Positions 24,900-37,995 of a DNA stretch of 64,000 nt are shown in pieces. Under the pieces are notes generated by a model, which ran no database searches, was not told the origin of the DNA, and saw only the letters and a program-made list of their open reading frames with translations. The position numbers and the translations under genes are program-made. Every line of letters begins with the position of its first letter. Within the stretch, counting starts at the first letter, position 1. Location: assembly GCA_036172245.1 (NCBI GenBank), contig JAYWIR010000005.1, forward strand, positions 4,588,001-4,652,000, written 5' to 3'. The DNA comes from Raillietiella orientalis. Its lineage: Eukaryota.

Positions 24900-25850
24900 G
24901 GCCGCTGTTTCGAATGCAAAGCGTGGCAGGACCTTCACAAATCATTCATTCAGTGCTGCACAGGATGCAAGGCAGTGAGTGCACTTGGCACGCGTCCCAG
25001 AACGCCCCAAAGGAATCGCGAATCGAGAACGGTCAGCATCTCCCTCGAAGCCCAGTCGTAGAAAGGAACGAGGATGACCATGGATTGCAATCTCTTTCGG
25101 CTCGGAAAACTTCCTTCCGTCCCTCTGCCGATTACCGTATTTCCACTTCCGGGATGCCTCCACCTCGTAGCGTTCCGCAGGGAACGAACCGATCGAAAAT
25201 CGACGGCGGCTTCCACGCAGGGGCACGGGACAGGCGTTCCCTGGAACGCTAGCAAGGATGAGAAGGATACGCTCAAGACCAAGGAAAATTTCTCGAGAGG
25301 AGGTGGAGCTCTAAGACACTGCCGTATCCTAAGAGCCGCTCGAGCCGTTTCTCAAATCCCGTTCTCCAGATCCTGATCCAGATTGCAATCGGCTCAACTG
25401 CGAGGGGGAGACCACGTGGAGGGCCCTGTGCAACCTTTCGCGAGGCCCCGGAGGATCCCAGTTAGGCAGAATGAGGATCTGGTGGTTCGGCTCCGCAAAG
25501 CGGGCGCGCACAGAGTGCAAAGCATCCCCGGTGCATGCGAGGAGCCTGGCTCCCGACCACCACCGCGTCCACCGAAGTAGGCGCCGGGTGTCACTTCACG
25601 GCTTGGTCACTCTTCCTTTTTGTTGGTTCGTCTTTTCTCTCGCATGTTCTTCACGAGGCGCACGAAGAACGCGTCTCCTGCTAGAAACTGATCCAGAGCC
25701 TCGTTCTCTTCCAGTGACGCCAGATCCTTTATTTGAGCAGCCAATCCGGAACACAGGGATTCAGCAAAAACGTTCCGCGCACGTATTTTTTTCGACACAG
25801 GAAAAACCTCGGATTTGTGGGAGTACGCCTCTGAACCCTGTCGCATAGCC
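24900..25850 (-). mobile_element. Decayed L1 ORF1
   Basis: FLAGDAFFVRL (~25690-25655), ILILPNWDP (~25478-25452) and knuckle remnant KCTHCLAS (~24988-24965). Confidence 0.45.
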
Positions 25851-26273
25851 ACCTGCCTCTCCCTGAGTTTTATGCAAACAGCGAAGTTCTCCGAACGGTG
25901 AGATGATCTGCAATTCCGAAGAATCTTCGAGAGGGCAGGGGAGGACGAAGAGAAAGCAAAAGTGAGCCGCGATCATCCCGGACTGCGGAGGAAAGGGCTT
26001 TGCGCGAGATGTGCCCAGGGGGGGATTCCTTGCGATCTACGCTAATCGGGCCCTCCGATCTGAGACCCTCTGGCAGCTTCTCATCCTGGGTGGGGGATCC
26101 AGAATCCACACCCCACTACATGCACCAGCTGTGTTGGACGCTGGCGCGCATCATCCTCTTCTTCACTCTCGCTGCCAGAGCGCGGGGGATCTTCAGTACT
26201 CTCAGCACCTCGCCATTCTTAGGGTGCCGGGCTCCTAGCGACCCCTCCAGCAACACTCTCGTCGATGCCCGCG

Positions 26274-26790
26274 TTGGTGGCCGCGTGGCTGCAATGGTCT
26301 CCGCTAGTGACACCGAGAGTCGAGAATTCGAATCCCTACATCATGCCGAGCATGGGGGTGCGTCATGGGTGCCCTGTACTCCCCACAGGATAACGCTGGT
26401 CGGCTTATTTTGGTGCGGCACTGGAAGAAGCAGCCGGAAACCCGCGGATGCCCCGGTTGACTGACCGGGAACGGAAGTCAACCCTCCTCCAGGTTCCTTC
26501 CAGGACAACAAGGAGAGTCGGTTCCCTTCGAAGTTCCCCACTTCCCCATACCCAGCTGTAAAAATGGGCCTTCCATCGCGGGCCGTCGGGCTGGTTGATG
26601 CTCCCCTCGGGGGAAGCTGCCTCTCTAGAATGTAAGAAGCGCTCTGCTTCCTTCGAAGTTCTCTTCAGAAGAAGAAAGAAGGAGCACGGTGGGTCCCTCC
26701 AGAGAGAACAAGGAAGAGGTAGCTCCCTTCGGGGTTCTCTCACAGGCGCGAGAGGAACGGACTCCTTCCAGCACCTTCTTCAATTCATGG
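26274..26790 (+). mobile_element. tRNA-derived SINE, copy 3 (3'-truncated)
   Basis: A box TGGCCGCGTGG 26278-26288, B box-like GAATTCGAATCC ~26324-26335. Body is the reverse complement of the other copies. Confidence 0.85.
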
Positions 26791-26949
26791 AGTGCTGCGA
26801 CCTTTCTTCAAGATTCGACCTTTCTTCCGGAGCGCAATCCCTGAAACGAAGTCTCAAGATGTCTTCTGCGACTGGTTGGATTCAGGTCTACAGGTTTCCA
26901 GTTTCCCAACATCACTTCTCAGTGCCTATCCCTGATCAGGTGGTGCAAT

Positions 26950-28370
26950 GAAAAGGGAGCTCCACACGCAGCGCGATTCAGGTGGTGCGTCGATGACCCT
27001 CGACACGCCGAGCAGCTTCCACGAGGGAGATGCGCACCGCTTCTTGCAGGAGGTCTCCCAAGCGCAAACGAAGCATCCAGGACTGCGGAAAGGGAGAAGG
27101 GAACACGTCAGAGCATGGGGTGTGAGATACGCTGGACTTCGAGGATGATAGACCTGGTGCGATTAATTACGGTGGGCTGGGAAGTTGCCCTGCATCCTGG
27201 TTCCGCGCATTGCAAGACGGGAACAGCGAGTGAAAAGAGACGAAGTGCCAGTGTTCCGCTATCTCAGTCAAAAAGGAGCAACACTCGCAGGCAGTAGGAA
27301 AAACCGGGAAAACCCTTTGGCATCCGCAAGGCGCGGAGACTCGCCGCCAGCCGGTCCCGATGGTTCATTGCTCCACGGGGCAAATCTTGAAGTCTCCAGG
27401 GCAGAGCTGGAGAATCCGCCGCTCTCGTAAACCCCTTCGCACTTTCGTCGAAGTAGCAGCACTTGACAGCGATGCTGCTGCACTGGGCTCTTCCGAGAAA
27501 CTCACTCTTGCACCACCACAGCGCGAGGAGAAGAGACCTCCAGCTGCTGAACCGAGCGTCTTCTCCAATGGTGATCTGCACTTCTGCTCGTGGTCTCGGC
27601 TCGCCAACACCGTAGGCTTCGGAAGTGGATGCATGAAGTGATACTGTTGGCCATTCAAGTGGTAGAATAATCAGGGCCCTGGAAGATTGAATGACCCCAG
27701 AAAATCTTCCTGGATTGCAAGATGAGCACAGCGAAATCTGAGCGTGCAGTCTAGAATGTATCGAACCATTGGTGGCAAATCACTGATGCGAGCATCCCGT
27801 CGGAGGTTTTGGTTCAAGACAAAACGCTTAAGTGCGATGGGAGGAGCTGAAATTTCACGGTCGAAGAGGAAACATCTCTGGAACCAAGTGGAAAGATGAG
27901 ATGCTTGCAACAGTAAGGAAACGGGGATCGAATAGCCCCCAAATTCGGCCTCCTTCTTGCGACTTCAGTGGAGAATCCAGCTGCTGGGAGGCGGAAACTC
28001 TCGCTCACCTGCTGTCGGAATGCAGTGACCTCCGGAGCTAGTGGAAGCGCCACGCGGCTGTTCCACTTGAATCCGGAGACACATAGAAAGAGCTGCTGCG
28101 GCACTGCTTCACGAGGGACGGACTTTCGCCTGCTCCCCCGATCGCATCAGGGGACCATAGCGTCCAAGAACACGCAGAAGGCGCGCTTCAGCTCCGCAGC
28201 AATGAGGAATGTAGCAAAATGGCCTGCGGATGATGCCAGAGGAGAAGAAAACGCCACCTGCATCGCCCGCAGACTGCAGAAGACGCGGCAGGAGACTGGT
28301 GACCCCTCTTCCTTCCTCTCTTATTTGTTTATTTGTCCCCTTCCCTGAACCCTTCTCTGTAGCCGGTCTG
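26950..28370 (+). mobile_element. Decayed L1 3' half
   Basis: CVDD (~26985-26997, YADD-like), VRYAG (~27122), SCWEAETLAHLLSEC (~27980-28023) and a pyrimidine-rich 3' UTR. Confidence 0.7.
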
Positions 28371-29149
28371 CAAGTACCCCTCTTTCCTCTTAAATTTTCA
28401 TAGACCTGTGGATTTACTGATCCATACGACCTGTTTCTTTTTCTTTGTTTGGAAAGGCCACGGTGTGGCAGGGGGGAACGGAGAACTCAGGAAGGAACTC
28501 GACGTCAGCCTCTTGCTTGGATGCGAGCCTTGGATCAGTGCGGCGTTCTCGGAACGCCACACTGATCCTTCCGATCCGAAGCCTCTGCCCAACCCAGACA
28601 TCAGCTGTTGCTGATGCAGGATGCTCTCCGATTCGACTTTTCTTAAGTGGACATCAGAAAGGGTAAGAATTTTTGACTCGCATGAGGACATACGGGGACC
28701 TTCATTGGACGCTGTAGGTGGAGCGACCTGATGAATGAAAGTGTCTTTGCTGCATCGACATTGCGTTCTTGGCAAGGCGCTTCGTTCAAGTCACAAGACG
28801 CTAGAGTTTTCACTCCGGTGCATCCACCAATCCACATGTTCTGTTTGTTTGTTTGTTTGTTTTTGTTTGGACAAGGAATGCTCCGGAGTAACCGGGCGAC
28901 CGCTGGTGTCGGCGAGTGACGCATGGGAGTGTCCGATGCAAACATCAGCATCGCCGAGTGCCACCACTTCAGGGAAAGTGCAAAGCCTTCCTTGAACACT
29001 GCGAAGCCTTCCTTGAACACCGCAATCACGAGGGAATTTCAAAAAGCACCTCCCAGCAAGGTATTCGTCTAGGGCAGGTATTAGGGGTCGCTACTCGTGC
29101 AGGTTGTCGCGCCGACCATCCATCAAGGAGTTTCCTTGATTCCCACAAG

Positions 29150-30900
29150 CTGAAGTTCCTTGGCACCAGGAAAAAACGCCTGATTTTTCGATTTCAAGAC
29201 GCTCCATAAGGGGTGGCGCGTCTTGAAGCGTTTGGTTCTGACCCTCTCCCGCCAGTTTCCGAATCGGTATCGAGTAGCTGCAGTTTCAAATCGAAGACCG
29301 TCGTCGAATCGCTCGCCGGCGCCTTCCTTGTTTCGGGGTGCAGTTCCGGGTCCTTTGGGAGAGGAGCCAGAGAGGTGCATCCGAACGAGGTGTTCGTCGG
29401 GAAGAAAGGAAGGCGCACATTTGCTGAGACCATCGGCCTCATCAGGTTGGTTCTCGGCCACCGTCCATCACGCTGACAAGGACTTGAATTCTCTCGCAGG
29501 ACAGCGCACGCCAGCAGTCCGTTTGACGAACTGACCTAGGAGCATCCCCAAATGAAAGGAAGCAGCATTTTTTTTTTTCCATATCGAACAGGAAGAAGGT
29601 GCATTTAAGCAGGGAGGGGATGAGTGCTCTCCAAACTGTCTGAAAACAATTGGGTTGGACTCATGACTTTGAGGACACTCCTGCGCTCTCTCGAGCTGCT
29701 GCCGGCGGTGTGCTTCTCGATGCCGCTCAGAAGCTTCGGTGTGCCGCAGAGCAGCCATCAGGCGATCTCATGATGGTTGCAGGTGTCCAGTCACCAATGT
29801 TTCGAGGTGGTCCTCTTGCTCTGTGCTGCCACCTCATGGCTCTCCGTGACCATGGTCGGGACACATCCGTTGAGGATGTGACCCAGGGATGATCCTTCCC
29901 ATCTTCTGCACAAGAGAATAACTGGCTTGTGGCAGCCAAGCGTTCGTGTAGACGTCTCCTGTGACTGCGGAGCAGAGACCGCCAAGCGTTGGGTCCCTTC
30001 GCCCACCAGAGGGGAACGTGAGCTGGGTTTGGAGCGTCCTGAGACGGGTTCGTTTGATCCTAATGATGGATGTTTCGTTGCGATGGAAATTCTCCTCAGT
30101 GCAAGGGGGACAGCAGGGACTCGCACGTTTGGCACACGTCCTGAGTAGAACGGCCAGCCGCCGTCCACCGATGAGACCTGAACGTCTTCCAAGGCTGGAA
30201 CCGTCCCAGTCGGGAACCAGCTATACCAAAGCACCGAGCCCGTCGGGCAGACAGGTCAAGCACGCTGAGATCTTTCCTCCGTTCTCCAGGGACGCTGCCG
30301 CCGCCGTCGCCGCCACTGCCGCTGGCAAGCAAAAAAGCTTCGTCGTGCCTTCGGGCAGCGCGCAGAGCGAACTCTGCTCGCGAATGAGCGCGTTTCCCGT
30401 CATCCTGCGCGGAGGACGTGGAAATGTCGAATTGTCTGTAGACGACTTACGCGTCGACCGGGGCATCATGCTTGGTAGGTCAGCCACCACACTGCCACCT
30501 ATCGAGACTACTGGCTCTTCTGGACGAGGGAGGATCAACCCTACATTCCTATCGGATGGAGGGATGCCCGCACAGGAATATGGTTGACCCGCAGGTGACA
30601 GCAGAGGATCGAGTGGAAAATGGCCAGAAATCCGACGCTGCCTAATGCGAGACTCTGCTCTTCCTGATCCTGGGGGCGTTTATTGATGAGGATACCCACG
30701 CTACCTTGCGTTCGAGGCAACCGCCGACCTTTTGCGGTTCTGGACATTTCCTTCCCAAGTGTCTGCCTCGAAACTCGTGCGGACTCTCCTTACCGTCCAG
30801 ATGCTTTTGAGCCCATACACTGCTGGACCCCTCCCACTTTCTGTCGACGGCGCCGGACGTGGACTTTCCCAGAACTTCATTTCCTGGTGGTGCATGGAGC
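29150..30900 (-). mobile_element. Decayed L1 3' half
   Basis: LDLSARRAR (LSxxGR-like, ~30260-30235), EHL/FGCT zinc-finger remnant (~29395-29373) and GNWRERVR (~29265-29240). Confidence 0.5.
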
Positions 30901-31172
30901 CACTTCCCCATCTCGGAACGCAGCGCTCTTTGGGGCAGATCTTGCACTGCAGAATCCTAAGTCAACCGTCAGAAGCCTGTAGAGAATTTGGTGTTGCTGG
31001 GCAGGTCAAGTAGGTCAAGACATCCCGTTTCTCTGTCTTTATTGACGTACTCGTTGACCTCCTCGTTTGTTAAACTGCTGCTTTCTTTGGCGAGTCGTCT
31101 AAAGCTTTTTTTTTTTTTTTGTACAGAAAAAAAAAGGTCAGTAGCGATCTCATGAAGAAATTGTTACTAAGA

Positions 31173-31863
31173 ACGATGGAAATTGTGCGGGCTCTTTTCC
31201 ATTCGCGGCTTTCCTTGCCGCTTCCGCTTCTTCGGTTCTCTGAGTACTCAAGAAGCGTGCACTCCCTGTTGGCATCGAAGAGGCTCTATAATGCCTCCAT
31301 ATGGGCGCTTTTAACACTGTCACGCCACCTGAGGATGCATGTGACTCAGCCAAAGGGAAACCTCGAGGGAACCACCCCCATCAATCCAGGAAGGATCCGG
31401 TAGAAGGAGTTCGTTCCTCTTTCGCTCTTCGAAGGGGAATTTCGGAAAAAAAACGCTCCTTATTCTCTCCGCAGGAAATCCGGAAAAGTGGACGGTTGCA
31501 AAGAACTGAAGAGGAACCCCCTTCAAAGAGGGAAGGAGGTTTTATAGCACAAAACGGAGAAGAACCGCGAATCTCCATGACTCCTGGAAGAACCCTGGAG
31601 TGGCTGGCAACTCCAGCTATTCGTCGGGGCATTCCGTCACGAGCGTCCGCACAAGCGTCACGCCAGCGCCACACCCGAAACCTGCGAGCCAACCAACGTC
31701 ATCCTGCCGAATGAAATAAGGGGAGAAAGTAGGAGGGGGAGGCGAAGGGGTGGACTCGGAACCCGCAGCGCACCTGTTCTCGGCATCGACCCTCGCGATG
31801 GCATTGGGATCGGCGACGCTCGGCGACGCGCGCGAAAACCACGCGGCAGCCACGCGGCCGCCA
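31173..31863 (-). mobile_element. tRNA-derived SINE, copy 4 (diverged)
   Basis: A box-like CGGCCGCGTGG ~31850-31860, second B box GGTTCCGAGTCC ~31752-31763. Body and 3' tail (31175-31260) are homologous to copy 1. Confidence 0.8.
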
Positions 31864-32929
31864 GCATGGGCTGGAGATGCCTCCCAAAGAACTCCCGTTC
31901 CCCCAGCTCGAATATTCCGAGTGCGCCGGGGTACTGGTAGCAGCGCACAGGACCGGTAGGAGTCTTGCGTGGACTCGCACCTGCAGTCCGTAAAAAAAAA
32001 AAAAAAAAAAAAAAGGAAAGCAAAAAACATGGATGCCTTGGAATGAGCATTCCTTGAACTTTGGAACTTTAAGCTACTTCCACGAGCGCGAGTGCCCATC
32101 GGGCAGGATCTGTCTGGACGCGAAGACTTGCACGGAGCGGTCCAATTTGGGCCCGCAGGTTGCCGAAGGGCAGAAAAAAACACCGTTAGGTTTCGTGCGG
32201 CTGAGCGTGAAATTCGGGAAGATCAAACTCGTATCGCTCGAAGAGGAAACTCCGTACAGGGGAAGCTGAACGAAAACAAAGCGGGATCTGCAATAAATCG
32301 AAATCCAGACCGACCAGGAAAAAGATGCTGCCGTGTAAACAAGAGAAGGCTGAGGGAAACCGCGCGCTCCTGTGCAAGAAAAAACAAACAAACAAACAAA
32401 AGTCGGGAAAGGAGCGCATACAACGATGGGAAGAAAAATAAAAGCAGCCTTCTTTCCAGCGCACCACCTAAGCTTGCCCTTAGGTGTCATTCTAGGGTTG
32501 TTCCAGTAAGCATTTCTGCCTGTTCCCAATCAGGAACGCGCGGCGGCGCACTCAGTTAACCCACGAGCTCTGAAAGTTCGGCTTCAGCGCTGCTGCTGGG
32601 TAGCTTGGAGAAATTCAGCTGTGGTGTCCGCTGATGGTGATGGCTTGAAGGCTTCTGGCTCCTTCTGAGATAAGAGAAGAACCAGAGAAATCTCTTTATA
32701 GGCATTAATCCTTTTCGGGATTCTCTCTGCGAAATCTACACATGCAGATACTAACCTAACCTAACTTAACCCGCGGGCTCACCTCCATAGTTTCAGCAAG
32801 AGGACCGAAACCAAACGAATGTCCCATGCCCTTCAAGGCACATCGCAGAGACCACGGATCCAAGCGAGCTCACCGATTGGACCCACCCTCCAATGTGCAT
32901 AAAATCACATTCAGGCTAATCAAGACTTT

Positions 32930-33300
32930 GGGATCTGGGGAACGATCCCCCTGGATATGAACCCACAAGGGGGCAGAGGGGAGGAGATCGAAGGAAATGG
33001 GAGCAGCAGGATTGTGGAGCACCGAGGACTCCGGAAAGGAGACGAATTACTGCTGAGATGAGTGCGTGGAAGCGACGTCTGCGTGACAAAGAGGAAGTCT
33101 TCGCTAACTCCAGAGTGCTGTTTGACCCTAGCAAGAGGGATAATCTCGAGCCTTTCACATCGATCTCTCTGAAGCGCAGTCCTCTGTTCCTCGGAAGCAG
33201 GCGGCTCACGGGAGAATGGGAGGATGAGGTACCTCCGCACTTCCATGCGCACTCCTGAAGCCAGAGCGGGCACAGGGATGGGATCCAAGCACAAGCGAGA
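32930..33300 (+). mobile_element. Possible L1 ORF1 (DUF4283-like) fragment
   Basis: RDKEEVFANSRVLF...LTGEWED resembles the 43900-44090 ORF1 remnant. Confidence 0.3.
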
Positions 33301-33382
33301 AGGCATTCAGAGTTTTCGGCCGCAGTGCATTGTGGCACGTGTATGGCACGTGTATGTGCAATTGTGTTTGTATACCACAGGA

Positions 33383-33845
33383 ATGGGGGCGCCGTCGGTT
33401 CGAGTTCTCTCTGCAAGATACCGCTGGTTGGCCTGTCTTCGGATGCAGCACTGGTAGATGCCCCCGTTGACTGACTGGGAACGTAAGTCGACCCTCCGGG
33501 GCTCTTCCAGGAATCAAGGAGCCGGTTTCCTTCCTGGTTCCCTTCAGAGAAGAAATTCCAAAAGCGGATCCTTTCCGGGGAGTCCCTCCGGAGAGAATGA
33601 GGAGGAGGGTTCCCTTCCCAGAGCGTAAGAGGAACGGACTCCTTCCTCCCCAGCCTCCCCTGATTCATAGGGTGGTCCGTCAGGAGTTGTCTTCTAACTA
33701 GAAGGGTTATACGCGCCCTGGGGTGGGCGATCAGTGTTCATGAGCTTCGTGGGCCGTCTGGTAAACGGTTTTTGAGTACTTAACGAACCAAAAAAAAAGA
33801 AAAACAATATGTTGCAAGGAATGCCATCTATCGTCCATCATCTTC
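33383..33845 (+). mobile_element. tRNA-derived SINE, copy 5 (5'-truncated)
   Basis: Starts at the second B box GGTTCGAGTTC (~33397). Body is homologous, with A-run ~33790-33804 and tail ending CCATCATC. Confidence 0.8.
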
Positions 33846-34049
33846 TCTACTCCGTGCCCTCAACCGAGTGCTTTTGGATCCCATGATTTTTTTCCATTTT
33901 TTTTCTTTTTCTTTTGTAGCTCCAAAAAGGGAAAATTCTGGCTCTTGTGGAAGATGCGTTTTACTTCTTCGGGCTGCAGACCTGAAAGCTCTTTGATTGG
34001 TGCCTGAACGGGGTCTGGCTTCATAAACCCAGTCTTTTAAGTTGCCTCC

Positions 34050-34950
34050 AGAGGAGCAGATCGGGGCATTTGAAACATCTGGAAGGCCGTTTGCTGAAGA
34101 TCGGCGCTAGCGATCGGCCATTCTAATTTGAAGGGAGCCTCGAGTCAAAAGCTTAAAAGGGATGGATGGGCTCCAAGTACTTCCGCAATGGTGCCTTCAA
34201 GGGGACCATGCAGCACGATGACGCTCCCAATGAAAGTCTGCACGGCTCTCGGCTCCGACAGTGTGCGAAGAACACAGAAATTCACCAACTGCAGCAGCGC
34301 AGCTCGTAACGGAGAAAAGCAGCGGCTGTAACAACTTTGACGGAACGGCCACATAAGTGCAGGCCTCATTTCTCATGGGTTCTCAAAGGAATTCATCAGA
34401 AATGAGAAAAGGTTTTTAAATGAGACTCAAATGGGTCGAGAGGTCAAACGTTTTCATACACCAATTTATTACCCCACAAGCACATAGCTCATCCCCTGGA
34501 GCCGCACCCCTATTTCCGACCGAAGATGTTTTCCAAGTTTTGCTACGCCCTGGACCATTAGGAAATGCATTCTCAGCGTCCCCTCGCTGAGAGCTCAACA
34601 GAATTGCGCATTCAGTTCTGGGTTTGTCTTCACCACGAAGTTCTCTCGAGATCTCTTTCGGATCTTTGTCCGCAAAGTCTGGAACGCATTCCTCTGGACG
34701 GAACGTTTTCTACACGCAGTTCTTCCGGGTGAGCCTCTCCAGGAACCACGTTTCCTCCATCCATAAAATTTCATCCACTTCTGCTGTTCATCGAGTAGGG
34801 TACATCCTGTCTTTGATCTCTTCGAGGTAATCTCCGTGCATTTCTGCTTTCAACACGCCTACGAGTGACGCCTGCACGGCGCTCTTCGTAAAGTGATTGA
34901 CACTGAAAACGCAGAAGCTTCCAAGACATGAAGAGATTTGCAGATGAGGT
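34050..34950 (-). mobile_element. Decayed L1 RT N-terminal region
   Basis: THLSLI*KP...ACTYVAVPSKLL (~34436-34327) resembles the LIPK...RPIxL...YKI block. Confidence 0.45.
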
Positions 34951-35799
34951 GCATCCACTGAACTCCATCCCGAAATGATGTCATCTTATCATGGAAATAT
35001 AAAACCCGCCTTGGGTTCCCACAAACCGGAAACTTCCTCTCTAAATGCGATGTCTGAAGTTAAATTGAGGAAACGCCAAGTTGTCTTCTTATATCCTTTG
35101 GCAGTAAGGCGAGTCTTCCACTCTTTCCACTGCCTCTTCCTATTCGAAGAGGCAGTGGTTTGTACCCGCTCGGAGAAATGCGCATCGGTACCACAGAAAG
35201 AATCTTTCGCGAGCGAGAACCATTGGAATGCAAACTCACTTGATGTACGATGTTTGCTTCCTCACAGCTTTCCGTGATCCGAGATTGCGAGGCTGTTCTT
35301 CGTTTTCGGGCGCGACTGATGAACGCAGCGTTGGCAAGTCATCGGTGGAAGCCCCCCCAAAAAAAGAAGAACAAAGCAAGATTAACGTTCGTGTTTTCAG
35401 TTTTGCAGCTCAACTTCTAACTTATAGCTGTCTGCTTACGGCTGCTGACACAAGGGGAATACAAATACAAGGCAAATAAACGAAAGGACTCCTTGTGTAC
35501 TACATCTCCCTATTCCCCAGAATAGCATGTGCCAAAAATCACAATGCTTTATGTAATTCAATAGTAATCGTCAGTGTTGTTTTTCGAAATACTGTAGGGT
35601 TTTTAGATCGGGATTCCTGGACCACAGGGGAACAAAAAAAACCGCTTCAGGAATACCCAGAACATTGCAAATTTGAAATGAGGAAAAAACCGCAACGGCT
35701 CATAATGAATGTTGGCAGCAAGTTGAGGAAATCCCTTTTGAGCCATTAAAACAGCTGAGGGGAGGAAGCGAAAATTTGTCGGCCGCTGAATTCTATTCC

Positions 35800-36320
35800 A
35801 TCTGGCAAAAATTTCTAGATACAGTGTAATGGGTTGCTATGGCTGGAGAAGTGCCTCTTTGGAGGTGAATTTCGGATGCAGGGATTAATAGTTTAAGGGA
35901 CTGGGTTATGGTTTTGCTCTCTTTGTTCAGTATATGTACGTTGAGTTTGGGGTTTAGTGGGGAAGTTGTTGTGTATTAAGCCAACTGCACACACCACACA
36001 CGGCTCAGAGGCGGCCAATCAGATTAGAGTGGATACGGTGAGATTAGTGGTGATGGTCCGTGTCTGTGGAACGCGAATTTAGGGGAGATGTGAAAGATGG
36101 GTCACTGTTTTGCACGTGACAGCTTTGGTGATTGGCGTAACGATTATTGCGGTTTAAAGTGTTGAGTTGGTGTAGGCAGAGTGTTGATTTGTGGGTCCTT
36201 CGTTTGTTTTGCGGATTCTGTTAATCGTTTCGATAATTGCGAATGCGGATCCTCCGGGAAGACTCTTTGGTGATCGGATGAATAATAATGAAGGTTGATG
36301 AACCGGAACGGTGGACAGTG
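35800..36320 (-). mobile_element. Penelope-like element remnant (RT thumb/C-terminus)
   Basis: NLHYYSSDH (~36298-36270), then in a shifted frame AIIETINRIRKTNE, resembling PLE YxxxxSxH...ExxRxxRxNS. Strong C/A-rich sense-strand skew. Confidence 0.5.
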
Positions 36321-36649
36321 CATCTGAAGGCGAAAAGAAAAGAAAAAAAAATTGCATGTCTGTTGGGAAATTGAACTCGGCGCGCCTGGATCGACGACCG
36401 GAACGTGTGCAAAACCCGTTCCTCTTCTCGTTCTTGAGGATCGGCAGCATTCCTCAGGAATTCTCTTACGACTGCTCCAAACCGTTGAGTGGAAATCACC
36501 CGAGTCGCGCACCGCCCAAGAATTCAAGGCCTCCGAATAGAACTCCAAATCAGAGAGCATTCGGTCCGGGAATTTTCTCTCAAAAGTCCCGAGAATTCTT
36601 GGAAATAAGGGACCTTGTATATATATATATTGAAGAATAGCTACGAACC

Positions 36650-37790
36650 GAGTGCAAGCAAGCAAAGGGTCCTGCAGCCAGGAAGTAGTCGAAATGGTAG
36701 CTTTGTATTCCCTGATGTCTGCTGAGTCTCATCGTGTGAGATATTCTCCAGACCGTGATGGACACTTCGGCCGACGGAGTCTCACTGAGTAGCGTCTCTG
36801 GGGATGGAAACAAGAAACTGCAATGGCGGCTCAACTCCGGGGTCGCTGCAAGGGTTGTCAGTTAGCTGGCTACTCGCAAACTGGCACTTCATATTCCGCG
36901 GTGGTGCGCTGCACATCCATCAATGGATGCAGTGGAATAATTGATCCACAAGAAAAGGTGGAAAGGAACTCCCTGTGGCCTGTGCTCGGTCTCGCTGGCT
37001 TCCTCCTTGGCTTGGAACTTTGAAGTTATTTCGAGCGAAAGCCGAGACGACTTCCGACTACTCGGCATCCATCATTTCCGTGGTTTCATCGTGACAGACT
37101 GCTGCAGCACACGAAACGTCCAATAAAGTAGTAGTCTCAGAGTGGTACTTGGAAAAGAGAATTCCATACTACTCCTCTCCCACGATCCTTGCGTGTTCGT
37201 CGCGTGCCTGGAGAAACGAGCACCTTCTTTCTTCACTCAAAGAGGAAACTTGCGACCGCCGAGCCGTTTCCAGAGAATTCCTGTTCCCTGAAAAAGCTTC
37301 AAGTAGGCTTCCTCTTGTGTTGCCTGCTTTTCGGACCACCGTGACACCTCTCTCGGTCCACTGTCGTCGAAGCGAGCATTCCCTTGCCCTTCGGCGTAAA
37401 GGATGACGAAGAAGGCACTCCAGTTTGGGGATGCGGAAGTCGAACGCCCAAGTGTGGCTCAGCGAACTCCACGGCAACGTGGAGGAGTCCTGGTTCGCGA
37501 GCACTGAGCAAAGCGTCCTTCCTGCGCGGCAAAACACCGACAGGCCAAACACTCTTGAGGAAAGAAACGTCGCGGAAGACTGAGGTGTCCTGCCATGAAT
37601 TCTCTCCGCATTTTGAACCCCCTGTTTGCCAGTTGGATCTCAAGAAGGAAAGGGATTTCCGTGGAAGTCTTTGTTCTTGAGGAGTGCAGTAAATCCACGG
37701 AATCAGTGAACACAGAGTCCTTTGAAGGCAGGGGAATACCCTGATTGGGCATGCCCATGCATATGAGCTTATCCACTTTCAGGCCGCAAA
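36650..37790 (-). mobile_element. Decayed L1 post-RT region
   Basis: ICMGMP (YLGxP-like, ~37765-37745) and LSVFCRAGRTL (LSxxGR-like, ~37545-37510). Confidence 0.5.
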
Positions 37791-37995
37791 CATAGAAATC
37801 TGTCCATGAGAGAGGGAGGGGTAGAAGAAATCATCTTCCAAGCGTTTTTTTGAAGATGCACCTAATAGAGAGTCAATAGCATGGCTCCCCTGCGGTTTGA
37901 ATCACGTGTTTGAGTGGTCGATTCGACCTGTGAGCGTGGAGGAAAAGCAGCCAGTTTTTTTTTTTCATCTTCTTCTGTGGCTGCTGCGCTAATCT

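Noticed and set aside
28982..29021. 21 bp tandem duplication (AAGCCTTCCTTGAACAC x2)
   Set aside because: Real but an ordinary two-copy slippage with no further structure.
32751..32770. (TTAGG)n telomeric repeat as a sign of an arthropod host or telomere
   Set aside because: Only about four units here and two at ~50350, too short to be informative.
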